A stretch of DNA of 64,000 nucleotides. Origin: Octopus vulgaris. Lineage: Eukaryota. The DNA is taken from positions 57,288,001 to 57,352,000 of the forward strand of contig OX597825.1 of NCBI GenBank assembly GCA_951406725.2, given 5' to 3'. Positions 38,520 through 51,179 of this stretch are shown piece by piece (position 1 is the stretch's first letter; the number at the start of each line of letters is the position of its first letter). The notes beneath the pieces were generated by a model. The model did not search any database, was not told the origin of the DNA, and saw nothing but the letters and a program-made list of their open reading frames with translations. The translations under genes were made by a program, and so were the position numbers.

Positions 38520-39677
38520 TATATATATAAGGCAGGATGTGTGTGTGTACGTGATAGTAGTTTATGCACATCCACAAATTAGCACGCATGTCGCTCAAAT
38601 TTTAGGAGGACATTCGTCACGAACCTAGCTGCATTTTCGCTAAATTATTTTCCCCTGAGGCACCTGCGAATAGCGGTAAATAATTTTGAGCCATAATTTC
38701 TAAATATTTACGGCGGAGAAACCCACCATTATTTACAAAGCAAACATGAGTTAAGTCCCCTCCTAGCGACTGCGTAAAGAGAGAGATAACAGATTTTAAA
38801 AATTTCGTCTTTTTACTGGCAAAAACAGACAGGTGTTGTTATGTATGTGTGAATGGCTTCAGTCACATACACATGAGCATGCATGCGTACAAAACTTGTA
38901 TGCAATGGGTGTGTGTGTGTTGCCCGTATATATATATATACACACAATATAAATGATATTCACTGTTTCATGACAACTAATTTCCAAATTAGCTGAATCT
39001 GTTGCTCTACTCATAGCGATATATAGCTGGTTGTGTGTGAACATGGGAGAGAGCAGAGATTACCAGAGCAAAAGACCTACGTGTTGACTGTAGACACACT
39101 CCTTCGCTATTATTTTCTAAACAATATTTCGAAACTGTTCATGTTTTCAAAAGGAGAGAGGACTTTCACATTTCTGCGGGAGAAGGTAGGTTTCTCTATT
39201 CCTGTTACAAAACTTACCTCTGGGAGCCAAATTTGCTTTGATTGATGGTATTACTCGGGTAGGAGGTGGTGGTGGGACAGTGGCAGGGGCAAAGGCATGC
39301 AAAAACATGTATGCAATAGGTGTATGTACGTATATGTGTGTGTTTCCCATATATCTATACTTAGTTGTGACCTGAACATAACCGCTTCTCACAGAGGATC
39401 ATGAGCCCTTTTGGGCGTTCTATTTTCCTTGCTGGAAGGGTTCTCAACCCATGGGCAAAGTGGGGTTACATGAAAAAAACCAATTGAGTGGAAAAAACCG
39501 ATTCCTTATGGGATTTCCCAGTCAAATTGTCTGCAAAATTGCAGCCAAAAGTTTACCAATTTCAACGGATTTCACTCAAATTTGACATCGATGTTACTTA
39601 GTTTGCTTTGAAATAAAGATCTTGATTAGCTTAATAATCCTAACTTAATCCCGAGCAAAGCCGGGCTATACTGCTAG
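38520..39677 (+). mobile_element. Non-autonomous Helitron carrying an antisense Rep/helicase C-terminal fragment
   Basis: 3' hairpin cccgagcaaagccggg followed by CTAG|T (39674-39677). - strand PMFTHNQLYIAMSRA...TVNIIY at ~38948-39050 resembles the Helitron Pif1 motif VFSHGQLYVALSR...TKNIVY. Confidence 0.7.
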
Positions 39678-40024
39678 TATTATATATATATGTGTGTGTA
39701 TTTGTTCCTCTGCCATTGCTTGACAACGAATGCTGGTGTGTTTATGTCTGTAAATTAGCAGTTTGGCAAAAGAGTCTGATAGTATAAGTACTAGGCTTAC
39801 AAAGAATAAGTCCCAGGGTCGATTTCTTTGATTAAAACCCTTTAAGGCAGTACTCCAGCATGGCTGCAGTCAAATGACTGAAACAAGTAAAAGAATATAT
39901 AAAACATCTCCGTTCTTCTCGAGCATCAAACTAATACACTTGCTAGTTGTTCCCTTACCTGTTGTCTTTTGTTTTCTGTAAATTTGAACTATATATATAT
40001 ATATATAAATAAAATTATTTGTGC

Positions 40025-40585
40025 AGATGTGGCTCTGTAGTAAGGAGTGAGCTTCCCAACCACATTGTTCTGGGTTTAGTCCCACAGTGTGGCATCTTGG
40101 GCAAGTGTCTTCTACTATAGCTGCAGGCTAACCAAAGCCTTGTGAGTGGATTTGGTAGATGGAAACTGAAAGAAAGCCACTATATACGTCATCATCATCA
40201 TCATCATCGTTTAGCGTCCGTTTTCCATGCTAGCATGGGTTGGACGGGTCAACTGGGGTCTGTGAAGCTGGAAGGCTTCGTCAGGCCCAGTCAGATCTGG
40301 CAGTGTTTCTACGGCTGGATGCCCTTCCTAACGCCAATACATGTATATTTATATATCTGTGTATGTGTGTGTGTCTTTGCATCTGTTTTTGTCCTCTACC
40401 ATCACTTAACAGCTGGTGTTTGTGTGTTTATGTCCTCATAACTTACCAGTTTGGCAAGAGTGATAGAATAAGTACTAGGCTTATAAAAAAGAAAGGTACT
40501 GGGGTTGATTCATTCACCTAAAATTTCTTCAAAGTGGTGCCCCAGCATGGCCACAGTCTGACTGAAACAAGTTAAAGATAAAAGA
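40025..40585 (+). mobile_element. Family-A SINE with a nested family-C element (40188-40337, -)
   Basis: The two halves of SINE A flank catcatcatcgtttagcgtccgttttccatgc... Confidence 0.75.
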
Positions 40586-40684
40586 TATATATATTTATAT
40601 ATAATAATAATATTAGGGAGTAAATCCAAACTTACAGGGAAAAATTAGATTTAGGATTAAATCTAATTTTATAGTATAAATATA

Positions 40685-40876
40685 TATATATATATTAAAT
40701 TAGAGATAAAACCACTATTAGGCAAATCAAACAGTGAAAATCATAAACCAATACATAGAATTAATTAATTAATAAAATTTAAATTTTATTAATTAATTAA
40801 TTCTATGTATTGGTTTATGATTTTCACTGTTTGATTTGCCTAATAGTGGTTTTAACTCTAATTTAATATATATATA
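40685..40876. repeat. 192-bp spacerless AT-rich palindrome (96-bp arms, 1 mismatch)
   Basis: Centre between 40780 and 40781. Checked in 10-nt blocks; the only mismatch is at 40706/40855. Confidence 0.95.
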
Positions 40877-40959
40877 AACTTAGATATGTTTTGACCAAAG
40901 ATTGGTCCAGGCCATGTCTGACATAATAGTGCCACCTGATAGGATTATCTAAATCCTTT

Positions 40960-42050
40960 TTAAGTCAAGTTTTGTGTTATGGTCCATTCAAGTAGCGAGT
41001 TGTATCCAGGTATGGATACAACTCACTCCAGACTCCATTTAAAGGTGATGTCCAGGCTCCGTTTAAAGGTGATGAGATCCTTTTTCCTCTTAGATCAGCT
41101 TCGGGACAAATTGTGTCGCAGTGTACCTATATGTTGTGATCCTGAATTGGGCAAGGGATGAACCTTGAAGTTAATGTTCAGGTCGTTTGGGCAATGCTGG
41201 TGGTATATTCTCCATATCATGCAAATGATGTACTGCTCGTGGTGACGCTGGAGAGAGGAGTTTTAAGGCTTTAAGGTGGTCCCAGTAATCAAGATCACAA
41301 CAATTACTCCTAGGTCTCTGATATTATCAGATGCTGTGAGCGGCTCCCCAGAAGGAAGAATGTATGGCTGTTTTAGTATAGTCTTTCTTCCAAAATGGAT
41401 CAGCTCATATTTTCCCTCGTTTAGTTGCATTTTGTTTTTGTACGCCCATTGACACACCACATATAGATCAGACGAGTTAAGTTTGGTCTTCTTCATCGAT
41501 AATTTTCTGGAGCCTAGTGTCATAAAATATTTTCACTTTGCAGTGTTTTGCGATGTTGGAAAGGTCGTTTATATAGATTACAAAGAGGAGTGGGCCCAAG
41601 ACAGTTTCCTGAGGGACACCACTGGTGACTTTTGCAGGGCTTGAGTGGACTCCATCGACCACAACATGTGTTCTATTCACCAGGAACTACTCAATCCAGT
41701 GTAGATGTTTTCCACAGATTCCAACATTTGCTAGTTTTGAGAATAAGATATTATAGTCTACTCTGTCGAATGCTTTACTGAAGTCAAGATATATGGCATC
41801 GGAGTTCGAACCTGTTCCCAAGGCTTTTAGTATATCCTCAATGAGGTGTAAGAGCTGTGTTAGACAGTCCCTGCCACAGTGAAAGCTATGCTGATTTGCA
41901 TTTAGGAGTTTGTGGATCTCCAGGAAGGCAGCTATCCTTGATCTTACCACTCTTTCAAACACTTTTAAGATTTGAGAGGTGAGTGAGATTGGGCGACAGT
42001 TGACTGTGAGGGATCTGTTTCCCTGTTTGAAAACTGGGATAGGAGCCGTT
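40960..42050 (-). mobile_element. CR1-clade LINE ORF2 (RT) fragment, pseudogenised
   Basis: NCRPISLTSQILKVFER, YLDFSKAFDRVD, SGVPQETVLGPLLFVIYINDL and IRDLGVIV motifs with stops and frameshifts. Confidence 0.9.
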
Positions 42051-45000
42051 TTGGTATATAACCTGAGTCTAAAGAATTTCACCAGAGGTTGGTCAGCCTG
42101 CTCAGAACGTGAAGACAGACGAAATACCACTAAGTGTTTCACCTAGTATGCTAACATTTCTTGCTTGCCTTAAACTTTACAATATTACAATAATTTTATT
42201 TTTATTACTTTACGAATCAAAGGATATTATAAGGAAACCTAATTTGACATAAAAATATCTTGACACATTTATAACATCCCAAATAACTCATTGGCATTTC
42301 TATCCACCTGTTTAATTTGACACTCCGACAGAGTAAAATTTATTGTACAGAACAATGTATTACACAGTAATAATAGTAAATAACTGTTACAAGTTGTACG
42401 CAATCTGACCTCACCAGTTTGACCTTGGTTACATTATAGCTGTTATAGCTGTTGAAAAAATCTAACTTCATAAAAGGAATGTTTTGTTTATCCCACACAC
42501 GCTGATTTTTTTTTCTAGAGGTCATAACTTCAAAATTACTTTAAAATACAACTCATTTCTATTTTATCTTTTAATCAGAAGAGAAGGTAGAGGCCAAAAC
42601 TTTCACAGGAGCTCCAAGATAGATGTGTGTGAGAGACAAGAATGCACTGACAAACTAGAGACCTGGTTTGAAAATTTATAACAGAGTAGTTTGCACTAAA
42701 GACACCCAAGGTGCCAAGTCATTAGCATTATTATCACCATCTATCTATGTTCCATGCTGGCATAGGTTGGGTGGTTTGACAGGATCCAATGGGCCCAAGG
42801 GCTGCATCATGCTCAGTGTCTGCTTTAGCATGGTTTCTATGGCTCAATGCTTTTTCTGTGCCATGAGCACTAGTGAGGTCACCATGCAGCTTGCATAACT
42901 ATGACATCTAAAGGGAAAGTTTTATGCTAGACAATGAAGGGTGAAAGTATGAAAGAAGGGGCCAGAGTAGAACAGGATTCTTGCTGTTCCACTCACTGTG
43001 AACATTTGTTATGAAACACCGAAGACTCTTCTAATTATTCCAGTTGCATGATTCGATCTTATTGCTGGGGTGACCAGATTAAATTTTTGGATATGTATAT
43101 TGATAGGTTATGCATTGATCCCTTGTATTTAAACATAGTATTATATCTAGGAATTTGACTAAAATTTAGTTTGTATTAATGATTGTGTCAAACACATCTA
43201 AATTTGCTCGTAGAATGATAATCCTTATGATATGAGACTGCTAAACCCTTTCTCTGTATAACTGTGTGGAGCTGGAAAACAATAAAAATATTGGTGGTGA
43301 TGGATTAAATCTGACCACCCAAGTAGAGCACAGCAAGATTTTGACTCAGAATGCAAAGGGCTGAAACAAATACAAGGAATTTGGTTCAGCATTTTTATAG
43401 TTCAACCAATCCATCCTGCTTCATTGGTACAGGTTTATCAAATCTTTAAAGATGAAAGGTAAAGTTGACTTCAGAGCATAGTGAATCAGAACAAATGCCA
43501 GGAGGCAAACTATCCAACTAATTAATTAATGTTCTTTTTACTATAGGCACAACACCTGAAATCTTAGAGGAGGGAGCTAGAAAATTATATCAACACTAGT
43601 GTGTGGCTGGTATTTATTTTATTGATCCTGAGAGGATGAAAGCAAAGTTGATCTTGGTGAGATTTGAACTCAGAATGTAAAGAGAGATGAAATAGCTCTA
43701 AGGATTCTGTCCAATGTGCTAATAATTCTACCACTTTGCTACCTTCCAACTAATTCATGCATTTAAAATATATAAAATTTTATTTTGATATAAGTGAAAT
43801 TTTAAAATTAAAAAAAATAAATTTAGTTTTAGAAAGTATGTAAGACTGAACAGAGAATTCCTGTTAGAAAAACTGAAAGAAAATTCTAGAAGTGTTTATT
43901 GGCTGAAGGAATCTTCACTGGCTTCTCAACTTTGAAGTATATTTTTCATATTGCCAATTTATACTGTCTCCAGAATTTCTTATGTTAAATTCAAATCTTA
44001 TCACTATGGACTTATCACATGAGCAGAGAAAAATTGTTTTGTGGCTGTAAACAAGACACCTACTGCTCTAGTGTAGCTCCAGTTTGTCTCTCTGAACGGA
44101 ATTAGAATGCTGGTCAACTACCAATAATATGGTCATGAATTCCGACCTCAACTACAACCTGGAGGTGTAGCTCTGAATAAGGCATCAAACTCTACTTGTG
44201 ACTCTCAAAGAACAGGGAAAAAAATTTCAAGAAATTGAGAATAATTTTTCAAAGTTAATTTACATGCCCAGAAAAATGTTTGAGCATGCAAGAGGGATAA
44301 CTATGGGCATATTTTTAGTCTATTACACTTCACCAACAAGGTACAAGAAGTACTCTATTCAAGAAGTTAGCAGGTTGATGTATAGAATGCTGTATCCCTA
44401 AAAATCTGAATTGAAATATACCTTTTAGTTGGAGAGAGAAAACAAAAATCCAATGGCAATTGTTTGTGACTCCTCAAACAAAAAAGGAGAAAATTGTTAG
44501 CAATTAAGAATTAATCTCTCAAAGTTAATTTACATGGTAAGGAAAGGAAAATCTTATTTTTGTTTGCAGACAAGGAACAAATTATAGAGACATGTTTCTG
44601 TCTATTCAGATCTCATCAGCATTAAATTGCCTACCATATCAGTTGACAAAAATATTTACATCTTAAAGAGAGTTACAAATAATTTTTAGTTACAGCCCAT
44701 TTCTTTTAGTTCATCATCATCTTACATCTGCATTCTATGCCAGAATGGTCCAGGTTACTGGAAGCCACTGCTCTCATAGACTGGTGCTTATATGTGTCAT
44801 TTTAGCTTGCCTTCTAAAGCTGGATGTCTTTTCTATTGCCAGCTACTTTATAGAATATTCTGCATTCATTTTCTAATGGCACCATCACTAGAAAGGTTGA
44901 TAAATTCTCAGTGAGAGGACTAAAGGGATCTCACAACCTAATGATTCCTTATAGTTTCAATCATGCAAACTATTTGTAACTCTTTTTCTAAATGCAAAAG

Positions 45001-45832
45001 TTATGGCAAGGAATCAAACAGACTCTACAGTGTTAATGAGGTCTAAAAAGTAGGAACAAGTCCATAGTAAATAAAGATCACATTTTCTACAAATCAAGCA
45101 AATTATTTTTGAGAGCAATGTTCTAATTTTTTTGTTGTCAGTGTCATCATCATCTTTTAATATCAATTCTCCAAGCTGGTATGGGTTGGACAGTTTGATT
45201 AGAATTGACCAGCTGGTGGGCTGCCCAGGCACCATTTGTCTGTTTTGACATGTTTTCTTCAGCTGGATGCCCTTCCTAACATGCAGAAATATGCAATGTG
45301 TGCATCCATGAGATAAACTATCACTCAAATTTCTTCAATTAAAATGTCCAATTTCCAAGTTGAAAGATGTGCGCACACATAAATGCACATCCTACAGAGA
45401 AATGTGTTTGAAGTTTGCAAAATATTATCTCCTCTTGTTCAATGAACATTGCTAAAAATACCTCTAGGCCTTTGTTTTCTTTCTTTTAATAAGAGAAAAG
45501 TTCAAATAATTAAGAATTTTTTTGTCAACAGCAATCAATACATCAATCCTTTAACTCTAATTTAACTTTATTTACTTGTTTCATTCACAGGACTGCGGTC
45601 ATACTGGTCATGAATAATTTTGTTGAACAAAATTAACTCCAGATATTATTTTAAATCTTGGAATACTTATTCTATTGGTCTCATTTTGTTGCATGTGATT
45701 AAAAAAAAAAAAGGACTAGGGTCACTTCATTAGGCTACAAATTCCTGAAGGAGGTGCCCCATCACTACCTTGAAACAAGTAAAAGATAATGACAGGAACA
45801 AGTAAAAGATAAAAAAATTATGTATATATGTA

Positions 45833-46237
45833 GGCACAGGAGTGGTTCTGTGGTAAGTAGCTTGCTTACCAGCCACATGGTTTCGGGTTCAGTCCCACTG
45901 CATAGCACCTTGGGCAAGTGTCTTTTACTGTAGCCTCGGGTCGACCAATGCCTTGTGAGTGGATTTGGTAGACGAAAAATGAAAGAAGCCCATCGTATAT
46001 ATATATATATATATGTATGCATATATGTGTGTGTGTATATGTTTGTGTGTCTGTCCCCCCAACATCGTTTGACAACCGATGCTGGTGTGTCTACGTCCCT
46101 GTAACTTAGTGGTTCGGCAAAAGAGACCGATAGATTAAGTACTAGGCTTACTAAGAATAAGTCCTGGAGTCGATTTGCTCGACAAAAGACGATGCTCCAG
46201 CACAGCCGCAGTCAAATGACTGAAACAAGTAAAAGAG
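45833..46237 (+). mobile_element. Young full-length family-A SINE
   Basis: Intact tRNA-like head, internal (TA/TG)n and taaaaga tail. Confidence 0.85.
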
Positions 46238-46705
46238 AATATATACATACACTAGATATTATGCACACACATTTTATATAACCCTAGGCCAACCTAAACT
46301 TTTTCAGCGTATTTAGTGGCTGGAGACTGTGTATATGTGTGTAATCGTGTCAGTGCACATGCATGTGTCCATGTGTTTGTTTACATTTGCACTTCAACAA
46401 AATCACAAAGGTGCAAGTGTGATATTGTTGTCATTTCTCTTACCAGCTGATCATTCATTGACTTTACACCTTCAAAGACATGTGAAATATGAGGTGCTTT
46501 AACTTAAAAGATAGGTGAGAGCTAGTGACAGGAAGAGCATCTGGCTTTAAAAAATTTCTTCAATAATATACTTGTATTCGCTAACCCACAACCATGTCAG
46601 CATGGAAAAACAGACATAAAATGAACATACTTACACACACACACACACACGCATGTATATATACATATAAATATGTGCATGTGTGTGTGTGAGAGTGTTC
46701 ATGTA

Positions 46706-46770
<65 letters not shown>

Positions 46771-46785
46771 CTGAGTAAAGGGCAG

Positions 46786-46853
<68 letters not shown>

Positions 46854-46876
46854 TATATACATATATATGTATATAT

Positions 46877-47266
46877 CTTTTACTTGTTTCAATCATTTGG
46901 TTGTGGTCATATGGGACTACCACCGTAAAGAGTATTTTAGTTGAAAAAGTTGATCCCAGGACTTATTCTTTGTAAGCCTAGTGCTTATTCTATCAGTCTT
47001 CTTTACTGAACTGCTAAGAAATGGGGACGTTAACACACCAACATCGTTTGTCAAGCACTGGTGGTGGGAACAAACACAGATACACATAAATATACACATA
47101 TACAACAGGCTTCTCTCAACTTCCGTCTACCAAATCCACTCACATGGCTTTGGTTGGGCCACGGCTATAGTAGAAGACACTTGCCCAAGGTGCCATGCAG
47201 TGGTACTGAACCTAGAACCATGTGGTCGAGAAGGAAGCTTCTTACCACACAGTCATACCTGTGCCT
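46877..47266 (-). mobile_element. Full-length family-A SINE
   Basis: Reverse complement of the family-A pattern. Confidence 0.85.
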
Positions 47267-47271
47267 GCAGG

Positions 47272-47321
<50 letters not shown>

Positions 47322-47343
47322 CATACATACATATATCTATATC

Positions 47344-47374
<31 letters not shown>

Positions 47375-47375
47375 A

Positions 47376-47593
47376 TTCAAAATGTGACCGCGTGTGTACC
47401 ATTGGTGATTTTTTCCCTCCGTCTTCCCTTCCTTGGATCTTTCCTTTTCCTATGTTTCTGATGAAGAGCTCCGCTCGAAACGTTAAATCCTCCTTCTTTC
47501 TTTCCTTTCCTGAGCGTCCAATAACACTGTACTTGTTTCATGTCCTTGCGTTGTTGTGTTTTCCCTTTGTGTTTTCATGTTTGGATTAACTTT

Positions 47594-47595
<2 letters not shown>
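47376..47595 (+). mobile_element. Penelope-like element pLTR fragment
   Basis: Pyrimidine-rich repeat embedded in (TA)n and containing a minimal hammerhead motif. Confidence 0.55.
47454..47488 (+). ncRNA. Minimal type I hammerhead ribozyme
   Basis: guuu-CUGAUGA-a-gagc(ucc)gcuc-GAAA-cg-UU-aaau. Intact core, 4-bp stem II, palindromic ACGU in place of stem III, short stem I. Confidence 0.7.
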
Positions 47596-47641
<46 letters not shown>

Positions 47642-47801
47642 TAAAGGTGTAGTGTTTGTAATAGTCTGGATAGAATTGACATATCAGTTCCATTCTAGCA
47701 AAAACTGTCCGATGAACGGCAACGGGAAACTCAGAGTAACAGGTTTTGTTGAATTTTCTGCTGCTTTAAATAAAGTATATATATATATATATATATATGG
47801 A

Positions 47802-47833
<32 letters not shown>

Positions 47834-47834
<1 letters not shown>

Positions 47835-48200
47835 CTCTATATATAAACGGCAGTTTGTCTGTGTGTGTTTCTGTGTGTCTGTCAGGTTGTACCCTCACTC
47901 TGACCACGGCTTTCAACCGATTCTGATGAAACTTGACACACACATAGCCCAATGTGATAATTCAAAACTAACGCAGCGAAAATTTTGAAAAGTTCCCCCA
48001 GATCTGAAAAAATCGATAAATTCGACATGGGGTCGAGAATCAGAAACACAAACCACAGACTGTCTAGGGGACGCAACTCGACCTTTTTAACTAAAAAAAT
48101 TTTACCATCATTTTTTTCCCATTTTTTGGCTAAAACTCTCTAAAAATGCTTTATAGTTATTTCCCTTACAAACCCGAGCAACGCCGGGCGATACTGCTAG
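47834..48200 (+). mobile_element. Young non-autonomous Helitron (367 bp)
   Basis: A|TC start, internal gtct/gt proto-microsatellite, 3' hairpin cccgagcaacgccggg and CTAG|T end, no TSD. Confidence 0.8.
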
Positions 48201-48216
48201 TATATATATATATGGA

Positions 48217-48257
<41 letters not shown>

Positions 48258-49314
48258 GTGTATGTGTGTGTGTGTGTATAAAACATAAATAAGTCAGGAT
48301 ACATAGCTGTAATGAGACATCATTATATATTGATCATAATCATAGAGAAAAATCAATTTACATATTGGTCTTTTGATCAAGAGAAATTTTAAAAAATACA
48401 CAAAAGTTACAGGAATTTATTAGGTATTGGACAACCATTTTGTAGGTCATGAGTTCAAATCTACAGAAAGTGTTTCATTGAGTTTTTTAGGCAAGGCACT
48501 TTATTTCACATGACCTCAATTTCCAGGGAATGTTATTTACCGGTTTAGATAACTTCATATACAGAGGGGAAATTATCAAACATCCATTCAATACCATGAA
48601 TCTCTAAAAACTGTGCCACTAAATGATGTTCTGAACTCAAAGTAAAATAGAAATTTTGTTTCACAATTTTTTTTTAGTAAATGTACAACTGAAATTCAGG
48701 AAATATGTCCTGATTGGAATGTTTGGTGGTTCTATAACAAAAATACTTCTATTTTTTGTCCAAAAATAAGTAAGGCATTAAGTGTATGTGTGTGTGAATT
48801 TATATATATATATATACACACACATATAGTTCCAGCAGATATTGTAGAAAATTTGGAAATGTTTTCCTCTTCGGTCAGAATTGCTGTATTCTACAATTAG
48901 TTAAGTTGAAAAGAGCAATTATGGTGGTAATATTTTTAGATTTAAAAAAAAAAAATGATAATGCTCTAAAATAAATATGGCAGCTAAGAAAATAACACAT
49001 TTTTGATTTTCTGTCTCTTAAAAAAAAAATAATCCAAAAACATAAAGAGAATTAAAATACAAGAAAACACTGAAACTGAATTAAAATTGTTCAAAAGACA
49101 TCATACAAATTATTTTTTCACATGTGATAAACCATTTTTGTAAATGAATGTTGGAATTCACAGAAATTTGTTATGAGAGTGAATATGTAGGAAAAAATAA
49201 TCTTTTTTTGATGAGATTGTTGTTGTTGTTGATTAGCCTCCAAGTCAATGTTCTAGGGATTTGAGATAGGACAATCTCTCATTTTATTCAGCCACTATAA
49301 ATTTAGGTCTACAC

Positions 49315-50437
49315 CAGTGGTTCTCAACAGGTATCCATATGGCCCCTGAGGGCCCATATAAGATTTTGGTGGGCTCCATGCAGCAAAATAGTAAATTGAG
49401 GATTCACAATAGTATTTTAAGGGCCCCTGAAAAAAATGTTGCTTTAAATGTATGTAATGGTGTTTATTGCAAGAAACAGATTTCTTTCTTTATTATTTTA
49501 CACAGTTATATCTACATATATGTGGAGGCAGATGGCCTAGTGGTTAGAGCAGCAGATTCGCAGTCGAGGGATCGCGAGTTCGAATCGCAGACCGGGCGAT
49601 GTGCGTGTTTATGAGTGAAACACCTAAGCTCCACGCAACTCCAGCAGAAGGTAATGGCGAACTTCTGCCGATTCTTTCGCCACAACTTTCTCTCACTCTT
49701 TCCTCCTGCATCTTGCAGCTCACCTACGATGGACCAGCAACCCATCCAGGTGGGGAACCTATACACCAAGGAAACCAGGAAACTGGCCCTTATGAGTTAG
49801 GCGTGGCTCGAGAAGGAACAAATCTACACATATGTTATGGTTTGAAAAACAAAATGTTAGTGTGAGTTGTGAAGAAATATCTAATATTTCAGACAGTTGA
49901 AATGGTGAGATAATTCAACAGCCTCTTGGTCAGCAGTTTTCAACTATTTTTCGCCTATGGACCCCTTTGATTATTATTTTACTCTGGTGAACCCCCATAG
50001 CCATTTGATGTTTAGAACTACTTGCTTTTCACACATTGAATTGTCGTGGTTGAATTATGCAAAGTGTTAGAGTGAGAAATCTTGGTGTTCCTTGCAATAT
50101 ATACATCTAAAACAACCTTTTTTCGTGAACCCTTAACTCTTCAGTAGTCGGATTCTTCTGTCAAATGTGATGCTTATTTATTTACATTGTTTTGAATTAA
50201 TCAAACTTTATCTCATAGCTTTGAAATTTTGATGATGTAATTGTATATTTTTTGTATGATATTGTAAGATACTGTACGAGGCCAAATCTGGCCAATTTGA
50301 GCATAAAACAGGTAATATATTTCGGCTGGATGTGGTCGGTTTAAATGTCAAGGGGTTAATATACTGCTGTGGGTCCCTAATTTACTATTTAGTGTGGACC
50401 CCCGCAATTTTATATGGATCCTGGTTGAGAACCACTG
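49315..50437. mobile_element. Nested hAT-type MITE(s) containing a family-D SINE (49521-49822) and a TTAA MITE (50132-50358)
   Basis: Ends cagtggttctcaac / gttgagaaccactg. The SINE has A box tggcctagtgg and B box gagttcgaatc. Confidence 0.7.
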
Positions 50438-51179
50438 GTCTAAGTGGTTGCTCAGTTTGCTAGAAACAGCAGCCAAATTTCTTTTCAAATCATACCTTAG
50501 CATCTTAAAACAAATAAGGACACACTAGATAAGAAGTTTTAGATACACAAGATACGATGGTTACAGGTGAGGTGCCCCTGATCAGAAGTCTACTTGCTTT
50601 AAGGATGACATAATATACCCTCTTTCATAATTTTTAAAAATATATCTCTTTTTTTTTTTTTGGCTGTACCAACTAATATTTTTTCTTGTAGTTTGCTTTT
50701 TCTTTTTTGGATTTCATACCAGAATATTCTGTGAAAGAATTTCATTGCATTGATAGTTATCTAGCTGCCACTGAGGAATGGAAATGGTTCCTTGTAGTAG
50801 TAGTAGTAGTAGTAGTAAGTAGTAGTAGTTGTTGTTGTTGTTGTTGTGGTGGTGGTAGTAGTAGTGGTGGTGGTGCTGGTGGTGGTAGTAGTAGTAGTGA
50901 CAACAGTAATAGTAATAGTCCTTATTGTCATATATTTCAACTTTTTAAGATAGGGAAGGGATGGATGATCCAAGTCCGGAGTATTACTGGTGTTTATCAA
51001 TATTATTATTATTTCATTTTGTTCTTTTGTTTTTGGCAGGGACTTGAACAGAAATTTAATGAAAGATGAAATCAGATTTGGCTGGATTGGAGCTCACAAC
51101 ACAGAGGAAATGTAACTAAATATTGTATTGTATTTAGTCAGTTTTTTTTTTTTTACTCTTCCTGCCAAACCCCTTTTTT

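Noticed and set aside
49521-49600. tRNA gene candidate (also 2310-2392 on the - strand)
   Set aside because: The A/B boxes continue directly into a multi-copy SINE body, so it is a SINE head.
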